A stretch of DNA of 64,000 bases from the human T2T-CHM13v2.0 reference genome, Homo sapiens: the NCBI RefSeq assembly GCF_009914755.1, contig NC_060948.1; one strand, 5' to 3'. This document shows positions 1 to 14,193 of this stretch, piece by piece (position 1 is the stretch's first letter; every line of letters starts with the position of its first letter). Below the pieces are notes generated by a model. It was not told the origin of the DNA, searched no databases, and saw only the letters and a program-made list of their open reading frames with translations. Both the position numbers and the translations under genes were made by a program.

Positions 1-3000
1 AATGGAATGTACTCGAATGGATTCGACTGGAATGGAATGTTCTGGAAGTGAATGGACTCCAATGGAATGGATTCAAAAGGAATGGAATCGTACGGAATGG
101 AATCTAATGGAATGGAATTAAATGGAAATGAATCAAATTGAATAGCACGGAATTGAATTGAATGGAATGGAATGCAATGGAATCTAATGAAACGGAAAGG
201 AATGGAATGGAATGGAATGGAATGGGCTGGAATGGAAAGGAATCGAAACGAATGGAATGGAATCGAAGTGAAGAGACTGGAATGGAATGCACTGGAATGG
301 AAGGGAGTGTAATGGAAGGTTCTCGAAAAAAATGGAATCGAATGGAATGGAATTGAATGGAACGGAATAGAGTCGAATGGAATTGAATGGAATGGAATGG
401 ACTAGAGTGAAATGGAATCGAACCACAAGGAATGGACAGGAATAGAATGGTCTCGAATTGAATGGAATCGTATGGAATGACATCAAACGGAATGGAATGG
501 ACAGCCACGGAATGGAATGCACTCGAATGCAATGGAGTCGAAACAAATGGACTGGAATAGAATGGACTCGACTGGTACGGACTCCAATGGAATGGAATCG
601 AATGGAAGGGAATCGAACGGAAGGGAATCGAACGGAATGGACTCGAAGGGAAAAGACTGCAATGGAAAGGTCTCGAATGGAATGGAAATTAATGGAATGG
701 AATGGAATCGAATGAAATGGAGTCAAAAGGAATGGAATCGAATGGCAAGAAATCGAATGTAATGGAATCGCAAGGAATTGATGTGAACGGAACGGAATGG
801 AATGGAATCCAAAGGAATGGAATAGAATGGAATGGAATCGAATGGAAAGGACTCGAATGGAAATCACTCGAATAGAATGCAATTTAATAAAATAGGATCA
901 AATGTAATGGAATGGAATGGAAAGCAATCGAAACGAAAGGAATGGAGACAGATGGAATGGAATAGAACAGAGAGCAATGGTATAGAATGGAATGGAATCA
1001 TCTGGAATGGAATTGAATGGAATGGAATAATATGAAATGGAATGGAATGGAATGGAATGGAATGCCCTTGAATTAAATGGACTGGAATGGAATGGACTCG
1101 AACAGAGTGGAATGGAAAGTGTTGAGATAGAATGGAATGGACTCCTTTGGAATGGTGTAGTATGCAATGCAATCGACTGGCAGGGAATCAAAAGGAATGT
1201 AATCGAATGGATTGGACTGGAATGCAATGGACTCGAATAGATTGCAAACGGAATGCAAAGGAATGGAATGGAATAGTATGGAATGGAATGGAAAGGAATG
1301 GAGTGGAATAGACTAGAGTGGAATGGAATGGACTGGAAAGCAATGGACTGGAATGGAACTTTCTTGAATGGACTGGAATCAAACGGAATGGAATGCAATG
1401 CAATCAAATGGCATGGAATAAAATAGAATGAAAGAGAATCAAATGGAATTGAATCGAATGGAATCGAATGGATTGGAAAGAATAGAATGGAATGGAATGG
1501 AATGGACTAGAATGGAATGGATTCGAATGGAAGGCAAAGGAATGGAATCTATTGGAATGGACTGTAATGGAATGGAATGGAAGGGATTGGAATGGACTCG
1601 AATGGAATGGACTGCAATAGAAAGGATTCGAATGGAATGAAAAAGAATTGAATGGAATAGAACAGAATGGAATCAAATCGAATGAAATGGAATGGAATAG
1701 AAAGGAATGGAATGAAATGGAATGGAAAGGATTCGAATGGAATGCAATCGAATGGAATGGAATCGAACGGAATGGAATAAAATGGAAGAAAACTGGCAAG
1801 AAATGGAATCGAAATGAATGGAGTGTTATGGAACGGACTCAAAAGGAATTGAATGTAATAGAATGGAGTGGAGTGGACTCGAATATAATGGACTGGAATG
1901 GAATGAAATCACATGGAATGGGAACGAATGGAATGGAATGGAAAGGAATGGAATCGAATGGAAAGGAATCGAATGGAAGGGAATGAAATTGAATCAACAG
2001 GAATGGAAGGGAATAGAATAGACGGTAATGGAATGGACTCGAATAGAATGGACACGAATGCTCAAATTGAATGGACTCGAATGGAATGGAAACGAAAGGA
2101 ATGTCATCGAATGGAATTGAATCGATTGGAATGAAATCGCATAGAATGGAGTGGAATCAAATGGAATTGAATCGAAAGGAATGGAAGCGAATGGACTCAA
2201 ATGAAATGGAATGGAATTGAATGGAAAGTAATGCAATGGAATAGAATGGAACGAAATTTCACGGAATGGAATCAAACTGAATGGAATCAAATCAATGGAA
2301 TCAAATCAAATGGAATGGAAAGGAATTGAATGGAGTAGATTGGATTGGATGGGATTGGAATGAAATGTACTGGAAAGGACTCGAATTTCATGAAACGGAA
2401 TGGAATGAATTGGAACGGAATGGACTCGAATGGAATGGAATGTCAAGGAATGGCATCAAATGGAATGTCATCAAATGGAATGGAATGGAATGCTATGGAA
2501 TGGAATGGAATGCATTGGAATGGAATGTCCTCTAATGGAATGGATTCGAGTGGAATGGAATCGAATACACTGGAGTCGAATGAAATGGAATTGAAAGGAG
2601 TGGGATCGAATACAATGGAATATACTGGAATGTAATGTAATGAACTCGAATGTAATTGACTGGAATGGAATGTACATGAATGGAATGTAATCGATTGGAA
2701 AGTAATCCAATGGAATAGAATCTAATGCAATAAAATCGACTCAGATAGAGTAGAATGTAATGGAATGGAGTGCAGTGCAATGGAATGGAATGGAATGGAA
2801 TGCAATGGAATGGAATGGAATGGAATGGGATGGAATGGTATGGAATGGACAGTAATGGACTGGAGTGAAATGGACTGGAAAGGAATGGACTCAAATTGAA
2901 AGGGCTCGAAAGGAATGGAGTCAAATGGAATGGTCTGGAATGGAATGAACACGAATGTAATGCAATCCAATAGAATGGAATCGAATGGCATGGAATATAA

Positions 3001-3518
3001 AGAAATGGAATCGAAGAGAATGGAAACAAATGGAATGGAATTGAATGGAATGGGAACGAATGGAGTGAAATTGTATGCAGTAGAAGAGAATAGAATGGAA
3101 TGCAAGCGAAAGGAAAGGAATGGATTGGAATGGAATGGAATTCATTGGAATGGAGGGGAATGTAGTGTAATGGACAGGCCTGGAATAAAGTGGAATGCTA
3201 CGGTCTCGAATGGAATAAAAATGTATGGAATGGAAAGCAATGAAACGGAATCGAATGTCATAGAATGTAATGGAATGCAAAAAAATGGAATCCAAAATCA
3301 TTGACTGGAAAGGCTGGGTGTCGAAAGGAATTGACTCCAATGGAATGGAATCGAATGGAATGGAAGTGAATAGAATCGAACTAAATCGAATGGAATGGAA
3401 TTGATAGGAACGGAATGGAAAGGAATGCAATGATTTGGCATGGAATGCAATCGAATGGCATCGAATGGAATGGAATGGAATGCAATGGAATGGAATGTAT
3501 TAGAATGTAATGAACTTT
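1..3518 (+). repeat. DYZ1 unit 1 (3518 bp; divergent left type)
   Basis: AATGGAATGTACTCGAATGGATTCG recurs at 3519. Versus the 3584-bp modal unit: 1+15 bp deleted at ~1480-1506, 10 bp deleted at ~2485, pure tract n=4, 15 bp absent at ~3041. Confidence 0.9.
3041..3194. other. DYZ1 diagnostic segment: EcoRI GAATTC (3138-3143), StuI/HaeIII AGGCCT (3176-3181) and Y-sexing PCR primer sites; repeated in every unit
   Basis: TTGAATGGAATGGGAACGAATGG (3041-3063) and GGACAGGCCTGGAATAAAGTGGA (3172-3194, reverse complement TCCACTTTATTCCAGGCCTGTCC) match the Y1.2/Y1.1 DYZ1 primers as I recall them. They delimit 154 bp here. Primer identity is from memory and should be verified. Confidence 0.85.
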
Positions 3519-6500
3519 AATGGAATGTACTCGAATGGATTCGACTGGAATGGAATGTTCTGGAAGTGAATGGACTCCAATGGAATGGATTCAAAAGGAA
3601 TGGAATCGTACGGAATGGAATCTAATGGAATGGAATTAAATGGAAATGAATCAAATTGAATAGCACGGAATTGAATTGAATGGAATGGAATGCAATGGAA
3701 TCTAATGAAACGGAAAGGAATGGAATGGAATGGAATGGAATGGGCTGGAATGGAAAGGAATCGAAACGAATGGAATGGAATCGAAGTGAAGAGACTGGAA
3801 TGGAATGCACTGGAATGGAAGGGAGTGTAATGGAAGGTTCTCGAAAAAAATGGAATCGAATGGAATGGAATTGAATGGAACGGAATAGAGTCGAATGGAA
3901 TTGAATGGAATGGAATGGACTAGAGTGAAATGGAATCGAACCACAAGGAATGGACAGGAATAGAATGGTCTCGAATTGAATGGAATCGTATGGAATGACA
4001 TCAAACGGAATGGAATGGACAGCCACGGAATGGAATGCACTCGAATGCAATGGAGTAGAAACAAATGGACTGGAATAGAATGGACTCGACTGGTACGGAC
4101 TCCAATGGAATGGAATCGAATGGAAGGGAATCGAACGGAAGGGAATCGAACGGAATGGACTCGAAGGGAAAAGACTGCAATGGAAAGGTCTCGAATGGAA
4201 TGGAAATTAATGGAATGGAATGGAATCGAATGAAATGGAGTCAAAAGGAATGGAATCGAATGGCAAGAAATCGAATGTAATGGAATCGCAAGGAATTGAT
4301 GTGAACGGAACGGAATGGAATGGAATCCAAAGGAATGGAATAGAATGGAATGGAATCGAATGGAAAGGACTCGAATGGAAATCACTCGAATAGAATGCAA
4401 TTTAATAAAATAGGATCAAATGTAATGGAATGGAATGGAAAGCAATCGAAACGAAAGGAATGGAGACAGATGGAATGGAATAGAACAGAGAGCAATGGTA
4501 TAGAATGGAATGGAATCATCTGGAATGGAATTGAATGGAATGGAATAATATGAAATGGAATGGAATGGAATGGAATGGAATGCCATTGAATTAAATGGAC
4601 TGGAATGGAATGGACTCGAACAGAGTGGAATGGAAAGTGTTGAGATAGAATGGAATGGACTCCTTTGGAATGGTGTAGTATGCAATGCAATCGACTGGCA
4701 GGGAATCAAAAGGAATGTAATCGAATGGATTGGACTGGAATGCAATGGACTCGAATAGATTGCAAACGGAATGCAAAGGAATGGAATGGAATAGTATGGA
4801 ATGGAATGGAAAGGAATGGAGTGGAATAGACTAGAGTGGAATGGAATGGACTGGAAAGCAATGGACTGGAATGGAACTTTCTTGAATGGACTGGAATCAA
4901 ACGGAATGGAATGCAATGCAATCAAATGGCATGGAATAAAATAGAATGAAAGAGAATCAAATGGAATTGAATCGAATGGAATCGAATGGATTGGAAAGAA
5001 TAGAATGGAATGGAATGGAATGGACTAGAATGGAATGGATTCGAATGGAAGGCAAAGGAATGGAATCTATTGGAATGGACTGTAATGGAATGGAATGGAA
5101 GGGATTGGAATGGACTCGAATGGAATGGACTGCAATAGAAAGGATTCGAATGGAATGAAAAAGAATTGAATGGAATAGAACAGAATGGAATCAAATCGAA
5201 TGAAATGGAATGGAATAGAAAGGAATGGAATGAAATGGAATGGAAAGGATTCGAATGGAATGCAATCGAATGGAATGGAATCGAACGGAATGGAATAAAA
5301 TGGAAGAAAACTGGCAAGAAATGGAATCGAAATGAATGGAGTGTTATGGAACGGACTCAAAAGGAATTGAATGTAATAGAATGGAGTGGAGTGGACTCGA
5401 ATATAATGGACTGGAATGGAATGAAATCACATGGAATGGGAACGAATGGAATGGAATGGAAAGGAATGGAATCGAATGGAAAGGAATCGAATGGAAGGGA
5501 ATGAAATTGAATCAACACGAATGGAAGGGAATAGAATAGACTGTAATGGAATGGACTCCAATAGAATGGACACGAATGCTCAAATTGAATGGACTCGAAT
5601 GGAATGGAAACGAAAGGAATGTCATCGAATGGAATTGAATCGATTGGAATGAAATCGCATAGAATGGAGTGGAAACAAATGGAATTGAATCGAAAGGAAA
5701 GGAAGCGAATGGACTGAAATGAAATGGAATGGAATTGAATGGAAAGTAATGCAATGGAATAGAATGGAACGAAATTTCACGGAATGGAATCAAACTGAAT
5801 GGAATCAAATCAATGGAATCAAATCAAATGGAATGGAGTAGATTGGATTGGATGGGATTGGAATGAAATGTACTGGAAAGGACTCGAATTTCATGAAACG
5901 GAATGGAATGAATTGGAACGGAATGGACTCGAATGGAATGGAATGTCATAGAATGGCATCAAATGGAATGGCATCAAATGGAATGGAATCAAATGCAATG
6001 GAATGCTATGGAATGGAATGGAATGCATTGGAATGGAATGTCCTCTAATGGAATGGATTCGAGTGGAATGGAATCGAATATAATGGAGTCGAATGAAATG
6101 GAATTGAAAGGAATGGGATCGAATACAATGGAATATACTGGAATGTAATGTAATGAACTCGAATGTAATTGACTGGAATGGAATGTACATGAATGGAATG
6201 TAATCGAATGGAAAGTAATCCAATGGAATAGAATCTAATGCAATAAAATCGACTCAGATAGTGTAGAATGTAATGGAATGGAGTGCAGTGCAATGGAATG
6301 GAATGGAATGGAATGCAATGGAATGGAATGGAATGGAATGGAATGGAATGGAATGGAATGGAATGGGATGGAATGGTATGGAATGGATAGTAATGGACTG
6401 GAGTGAAATGGACTGGAAAGGAATGGACTCAAATTGAAAGGGCTCGAAAGGAATGGAGTCAAATGGAATGGTCTGGAATGGAATGAACACGAATGTAATG

Positions 6501-7071
6501 CAATCCAATAGAATGGAATCGAATGGCATGGAATATAAAGAAATGGAATCGAAGAGAATGGAAACAAATGGAATGGAATTGAATGGAATGGAATTGAATG
6601 GAATGGGAACGAATGGAGTGAAATTGTATGCAGTAGAAGGCAATAGAATGGAATGCAACCGAAAGGAAAGGAATGGATTGGAATGGAATGGAATTCATTG
6701 GAGTGGAAGGGAATGTAGTGTAATGGACAGGCCTGGAATAAAGTGGAATGCTACGGTCTCGAATGGAATAAAAATGTATGGAATGGAATGCAATGAAACG
6801 GAATCGAATGTCATAGAATGTAATGGAATGCAAAAAAATGGAATCCAAAATCATTGACTGGAAAGGCTGGGTGTCGAAAGGAATTGACTCCAATGGAATG
6901 GAATCGAATGGAATGGAAGTGAATAGAATCGAACTAAATCGAATGGAATGGAATTGATAGGAACGGAATGGAAAGGAATGCAATGATTTGGCATGGAATG
7001 GAATCGAATGGCATCGAATGGAATGGAATGGAATGCAATGGAATGGAATGTATTAGAATGTAATGAACATT
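3519..7071 (+). repeat. DYZ1 unit 2 (3553 bp; divergent left type)
   Basis: Shares the 1+15 bp deletion with unit 1; private 15-bp deletion at ~5836; tract n=9. Confidence 0.9.
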
Positions 7072-10000
7072 AGTGGAATGTACTCGAATGGATTCGACTG
7101 GAATGGAATGTTCTGGAAGTGAATGGACTCCAATGGAATGGATTCGAAAGGAATGGAATCGAACGGAATGGAATCTAATGGAATGGAATTAAATGGAAAT
7201 GAATCAAATTGAATAGCACGGAACTGAATTGAATGGAATCGAATGCAATGGAATCTAATGAAACGGAAAGGAAAGAATGGAATGGAATAGAATGGGCTGG
7301 AATGGAAAGGAATCGAAACGAATGGAATGGAATCGAACTGAGGAGACTGGAATGGAATGCACTGGAATGGAAGGTAGTGTAATGGAAGGTTCTCGAAAAA
7401 AATGGAATCGAATGGAATGGAATTGAATGGAACGGAATAGAGTCGAATGGAATTGAATGGAATGGAATGGACTAGAGTGAAATGGAATCGAACCACAAGG
7501 AATGGACAGGAATAGAATGGTCTCGAATTGAATGGAATCGTATGGAATGGCATCAAACGGAATGGAATGGACAGCCACGGAATGGAATGCACTCGAATGC
7601 AATGGAGTCGAAACTAATGGACTGGAATAGAATGGACTCGACTGGTACGGACTCCAATGGAATGGAATCGAATGGAAGGGAATCGAACGGAATGGACTCG
7701 AAGGGAAAAGACTGCAATGGAAAGGTCTCGAATGGAATGGAAATTAATGGAATGGAATGGAATCGAATGAAATGGAGTCAAAAGGAATGGAATCGAATGG
7801 CAAGAAATCGAATGTAATGGAATCGCAAGGAATTGATGTGAACGGAACGTAATGGAATGGAATCCAAAGGAATGGAATAGAATGGAATGGAATCGAATGG
7901 AAAGGACTCGAATGGAAATCACTCGAATAGAATGCAATTTAATAAAATAGGATCAAATGTAATAGAATGGAATGGAAAGGAATCGAAACGGAAGGAATGG
8001 AGACAGATGGAATGGAATGGAACAGAGAGCAATGGTATAGAATGGAATGGAATCATCTGGAATGGAATTGAATGGAATGGAATAATATGAAATGGAATGG
8101 AATGGAATGGAATGGAATGCCCTTGAATTAAATGGACTGGACTCGAACAGAGTGGAATGGAAAGTGTTGAGATAGAATGGAATGGACTCCTTTGGAATGG
8201 TGTAGTATGCAATGCAATCGACTGGCAGGGAATCAAAAGGAATGTAATCGAATGGATTGGACTGGAATGCAATGGACTCGAATAGATTGGAAACGGAATG
8301 CAAAGGATTGGAATGGAATAGTATGGAATGCAATGGAAGGGAATGGAGTGGAATAGACTAGAGTGGAATGGAATGGACTGGAAAGCAATGGACTGGAATG
8401 GAACTTTCTTGGATGGATTGGAATCAAACGGAATGGAATGCAATGCAATCAAATGGCATGGAATAAAATAGAATGAAAGAGAATCAAATGGAATTGAATC
8501 AAATGGAATCGAATGGATTGGAAAGGAATAGAATGGAATGGAATGGAATTGACTCAAATGGAATGGACTAGAATGGAATGGATTCGAATGGAAGGCAAAG
8601 GAATGGAATCTATTGGAATGGACTGTAATGGAATGGAATGGAAGGGATTGGAATGGACTCGAATGGAATGGACTGCAATAGAAAGGATTCGAATGGAATG
8701 AAAAAGAATTGAATGGAATAGAACAGAATGGAATCAAATCGAATGAAATGGAATGGAATAGAAAGGAATGGAATGAAATGGAATGGAAAGGATTCGAATG
8801 GAATGCAATCGAATGGAATGGAATCGAACGGAATGGAATAAAATGGAAGAAAACTGGCAAGAAATGGAATCGAAATGAATGGAGTGTTATGGAACGGACT
8901 CAAAAGGAATTGAATGTAATAGAATGGAGTGGAGTGGACTCGAATATAATGGACTGGAATGGAATGAAATCACACGGAATGGGAACGAATGGAATGGAAT
9001 GGAAAGGAATGGAATTGAATGAAAAGGAATCGAATGGAAGGGAATGAAATTGAATCAACAGGAATGGAAGGGAATAGAATAGACTGTAATGCAATGGACT
9101 CGAATAGAATGGACACGAATGCTCAAATTAAATGGACTCGAATGGAATGGAAACGAAAGGAATGTCATCGAATGGAATTGAATCGATTGGAATGAAATCG
9201 CATAGAATGGAGTGGAATCAAATGGAATTGAATCGAAAGGAAAGGAAGCGAATGGACTGAAATGAAATGGAATGGAATTGAATGGAAAGTAATGCAATGG
9301 AATAGAATGGAACGAAATTTCACGGAATGGAATCAAACTGAATGGAATCAAATCAATGGAATCAAATCAAATGGAATGGAAAGGAATTGAATGGAGTAGA
9401 TGGGATTGGATGGGATTGGAATGAAATGTACTGGAAAGGACTCGAATTTCATGAAACGGAATGGAATGAATTGGAACGGAATGGACTCGAATGGAATGGA
9501 ATGTCATGGGATGGCATCAAATGGAATGGCATCAAATGGAATGGAATCGAATGCAATGGAATGCTATGGAATGGAATGGAATGCATTGGAATGGAATGTC
9601 CTCTAATGGAATGGATTCGAGTGGAATGGAATTGAATATAATGGAGTCGAATGAAATGGAATTGAAAGGAATGGGATCGAATACAATGGAATATACTGGA
9701 ATGTAACGTAATGAACTCGAATGTAATTGACTGGAATGGAATGTACATGAATGGAATGTAATCGAATGGAAAGTAATCCAATGGAATAGAATCTAATGCA
9801 ATAAAATCGACTCAGATAGAGTAGAATGTAATGGAATGGAGTGCAGTGCAATAGAATGGAATGCAATGGAATGGAATGGAATGGAATGGAATGGAATGGA
9901 ATGGAATGGAATGGGATGGAATGGTATGGAATGGATAGTAATGGACTGGAGTGAAATGGACTGGAAAGGAATGGACTCAAATTGAAAGGTCTCGAAAGGA

Positions 10001-10619
10001 ATGGAGTCAAATGGAATGGTCTGGAATGGAATGAACACGAATGTAATGCAACCCAATAGAATGGAATCGAATGGCATGGAATATGAAGAAATGGAATCGA
10101 AGAGAATGGAAACAAATGGAATGGAATTGAATGGAATGGAATTGAATGGAATGGGAACGAATGGAGTGAAATTGTATGCAGTAGAAGAGAATAGAATGGA
10201 ATGCAAGCGAAAGGAAAGGAATGGATTGGAATGGAATGGAATTCATTGGAATGGAAGGGAATGTAGTGTAATGGACAGGCCTGGAATAAAGTGGAATGCT
10301 ACGGTCTCGAATGGAATAAAAATGTATGGAATGGAATGCAATGAAACGGAATCGAATGTCATAGAATGTAATGGAATGCAAAAAAATGGAATCCAAAATC
10401 ATTGACTGGAAAGGCTGGGTGTCGAAAGGAATTGACTCCAATGGAATGGAATCGAATGGAATGGAAGTGAATAGAATCGAACTAAATCGAATGGAATGGA
10501 ATTGATAGGAACGGAATGGAAAGGAATGCAATGATTTGGCATGGAATGGAATCGAATGGCATCGAATGGAATGGAATGGAATGCAATGGAATGGAATGTA
10601 TTAGAATGTAATGAACTTT
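7072..10619 (+). repeat. DYZ1 unit 3 (3548 bp; many private variants)
   Basis: 1-bp deletion at ~7275, 15-bp deletion at ~7685, 10-bp deletions at ~8139 and ~9855; tract n=9. Confidence 0.9.
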
Positions 10620-13600
10620 AATGGAATGTACTCGAATGGATTCGACTGGAATGGAATGTTCTGGAAGTGAATGGACTCCAATGGAATGGATTCAAAAGGA
10701 ATGGAATCGTACGGAATGGAATCTAATGGAATGGAATTAAATGGAAATGAATCAAATTGAATAGCACGGAATTGAATTGAATGGAATGGAATGCAATGGA
10801 ATCTAATGAAACGGAAAGGAAAGGAATGGAATGGAATGGAATGGGCTGGAATGGAAAGGAATCGAAACGAATGGAATGGAATCGAAGTGAAGAGACTGGA
10901 ATGGAATGCACTGGAATGGAAGGGAGTGTAATGGAAGGTTCTCGAAAAAAATGGAATCGAATGGAATGGAATTGAATGGAACGGAATAGAGTCGAATGGA
11001 ATTGAATGGAATGGAATGGACTAGAGTGAAATGGAATCGAACCACAAGGAATGGACAGGAATAGAATGGTCTCGAATTGAATGGAATCGTATGGAATGGC
11101 ATCAAACGGAATGGAATGGACAGCCACGGAATGGAATGCACTCGAATGCAATGGAGTCGAAACTAATGGACTGGAATAGAATGGACTCGACTGGTACGGA
11201 CTCCAATGGAATGGAATCGAATGGAAGGGAATCGAACGGAAGGGAAACGAACGGAATGGACTCGAAGGGAAAAGACTGCAATGGAAAGGTCTCGAATGGA
11301 ATGGAAATTAATGGAATGGAATAGAATCGAATGAAATGGAGTCAAAAGGAATGGAATCGAATGGCAAGAAATCGAATGTAATGGAATCGCCAGGAATTGA
11401 TGTGAACGGAACGGAATGGAATGGAATCCAAAGGAATGGAATAGAATGGAATGGAATCGAATGGAAAGGACTCGAATGGAAATCACTCGAATAGAATGCA
11501 ATTTAATAAAATAGGATCAAATGTAATGGAATGGAATGGAAAGGAATCGAAACGAAAGGAATGGAGACAGATGGAATGGAATGGAACAGAGAGCAATGGT
11601 ATAGAATGGAATGGAATCATCTGGAATGGAATTGAATGGAATGGAATAATATGAAATGGAATGGAATGGAATGGAATGGAATGCCCTTGAATTAAATGGA
11701 CTAGAATGGAATGGACTCAAACAGAGTGGAATGGAAAGTGTGGAGATAGAATGGAATGAACTCCTTTGGAATGGTGTAGTATGCAATGCAATCGACTGGC
11801 AGGGAATCAAAAGGTATGTAATCGAATGGATTGGACTGGAATGCAAAGGACACGAATAGATTGGAAACGGAATGCAAAGGAATGGAATGGAATAGTATGG
11901 AATGCAATGGAAGGGAATGGATTGGAATAGACTAGAGTGGAATGGAATGGACTGGAAAGCAATGGACTGGAATGGAACTTTCTTGGATGGACTGGAATCA
12001 AACGGAATGGAATGCAGTGTAATCAAATGGCATGGAATAAAATAGAATGAAAGAGAATCAAATGGAATTGAATCGAATGGAATCGAATGGATTGGAAAGG
12101 AATAGAATGGAATGGAATGGAATGGAATTGACTCAAATGGAATGGACTAGAATGGAATGGATTCGAATGGAAGGCAAAGGAATGGAATCTATTGGAATGG
12201 ACTGTAATGGAATGGAATGGAAGGGATTGGAATGGACTCGAATGGAATGGACTGCAATAGAAAGGATTCGAATGGAATGAAAAAGAATTGAATGGAATAG
12301 AACAGAATGGAATCAAATCGAATGAAATGGAATGGAATAGAAAGGAATGGAATGAAATGGAATGGAAAGGATTCGAATGGAATGCAATCGAATGGAATGG
12401 AATCGAACGGAATGGAATAAAATGGAAGAAAACTGGCAAGAAATGGAATCGAAATGAATGGAGTGTTATGGAACGGACTCAAAAGGAATTGAATGTAATA
12501 GAATGGAGTGGAGTGGACTCGAATATAATGGACTGGAATGGAATGAAATCACATGGAATGGGAACGAATGGAATGGAATGGAAAGGAATGGAATCGAATG
12601 GAAAGGAATCGAATGGAAGGGAATGAAATTGAATCAACACGAATGGAAGGGAATAGAATAGACTGTAATGGAATGGACTCGAATAGAATGGACACGAATG
12701 CTAAAATTAAATGGACTCGAATGGAATGGAAACGAAAGGAATGTCATCGAATGGAATTGAATCGATTGGAATGAAATCGCATAGAATGGAGTGGAATCAA
12801 ATGGAATTGAATCGAAAGGAAAGGAAGCGAATGGACTGAAATGAAATGGAATGGAATTGAATGGAAAGTAATGCAATGGAATAGAATGGAACGAAATTTC
12901 ACGGAATGGAATCAAACTGAATGGAATCAAATCAATGGAATCAAATCAAATGGAATGGAAAGGAATTGAATGGAGTAGATGGGATTGGATGGGATTGGAA
13001 TGAAATGTACTGGAAAGGACTCGAATTTCATGAAACGGAATGGAATGAATTGGAACGGAATGGACTCGAATGGAATGGAATGTCATGGGATGGCATCAAA
13101 TGGAATGACATCAAATGGAATGGAATCGAATGCAATGGAATGCTATGGAATGGAATGGAATGCATTGGAATGGAATGTCCGCTAATGGAATGGATTCGAG
13201 TGGAATGGAATTGAATATAATGGAGTCGAATGAAATGGAATTGAAAGGAATGGGATCGAATACAATGGAATATACTGGAATGTAACGTAATGAACTCGAA
13301 TGTAATTGACTGGAATGGAATGTACATGAATGGAATGTAATCGAATGGAAAGTAATCCAATGGAATAGAATCTAATGCAATAAAATCGACTCAGATAGAG
13401 TAGAATGTAATGGAATGGAGTGCAGTGCAATGGAATGGAATGGAATGGAATGCAATGGAATGGAATGGAATGGAATGGAATGGAATGGGATGGAATGGTA
13501 TGGAATGGATAGTAATGGACTGGAGTGAAATGGACTGGAAAGGAATGGACTCAAATTGAAAGGGCTCGAAAGGAATGGAGTCAAATGGAATGGTCTGGAA

Positions 13601-14193
13601 TGGAATGAACACGAATGTAATGCAACCCAATAGAATGGAATCGAATGGCATGGAATATAAAGAAATGGAATCGAAGAGAATGGAAACAAATGGAATGGAA
13701 TTGAATGGAATGGAATTGAATGGAATGGGAACGAATGGAGTGAAATTGTATGCAGTAGAAGAGAATAGAATGGAATGCAAGCGAAAGGAAAGGAATGGAT
13801 TGGAATGGAATGGAATTCATTGGAATGGAAGGGAATGTAGTGTAATGGACAGGCCTGGAATAAAGTGGAATGCTACGGTCTCGAATGGAATAAAAATGTA
13901 TGGAATGGAATGCAATGAAACGGAATCGAATGTCATAGAATGTAATGGAATGCAAAAAAATGGAATCCAAAATCATTGACTGGAAAGGCTGGGTGTCGAA
14001 AGGAATTGACTCCAATGGAATGGAATCGAATGGAATGGAAGTGAATAGAATCGAACTAAATCGAATGGAATGGAATTGATAGGAACGGAATGGAAAGGAA
14101 TGCAATGATTTGGCATGGAATGGAATCGAATGGCATCGAATGGAATGGAATGGAATGCAATGGAATGGAATGTATTAGAATGTAATGAACTTT
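10620..14193 (+). repeat. DYZ1 unit 4 (3574 bp)
   Basis: Landmark spacing; one extra pentamer at ~12120; tract n=6. Confidence 0.9.

Noticed and set aside
880-3220. About six AATAAA hexamers per unit on the + strand (possible polyadenylation signals)
   Set aside because: They are easily generated from GGAAT-derived A-rich sequence; there is no evident downstream GU/U-rich element and no transcript evidence.
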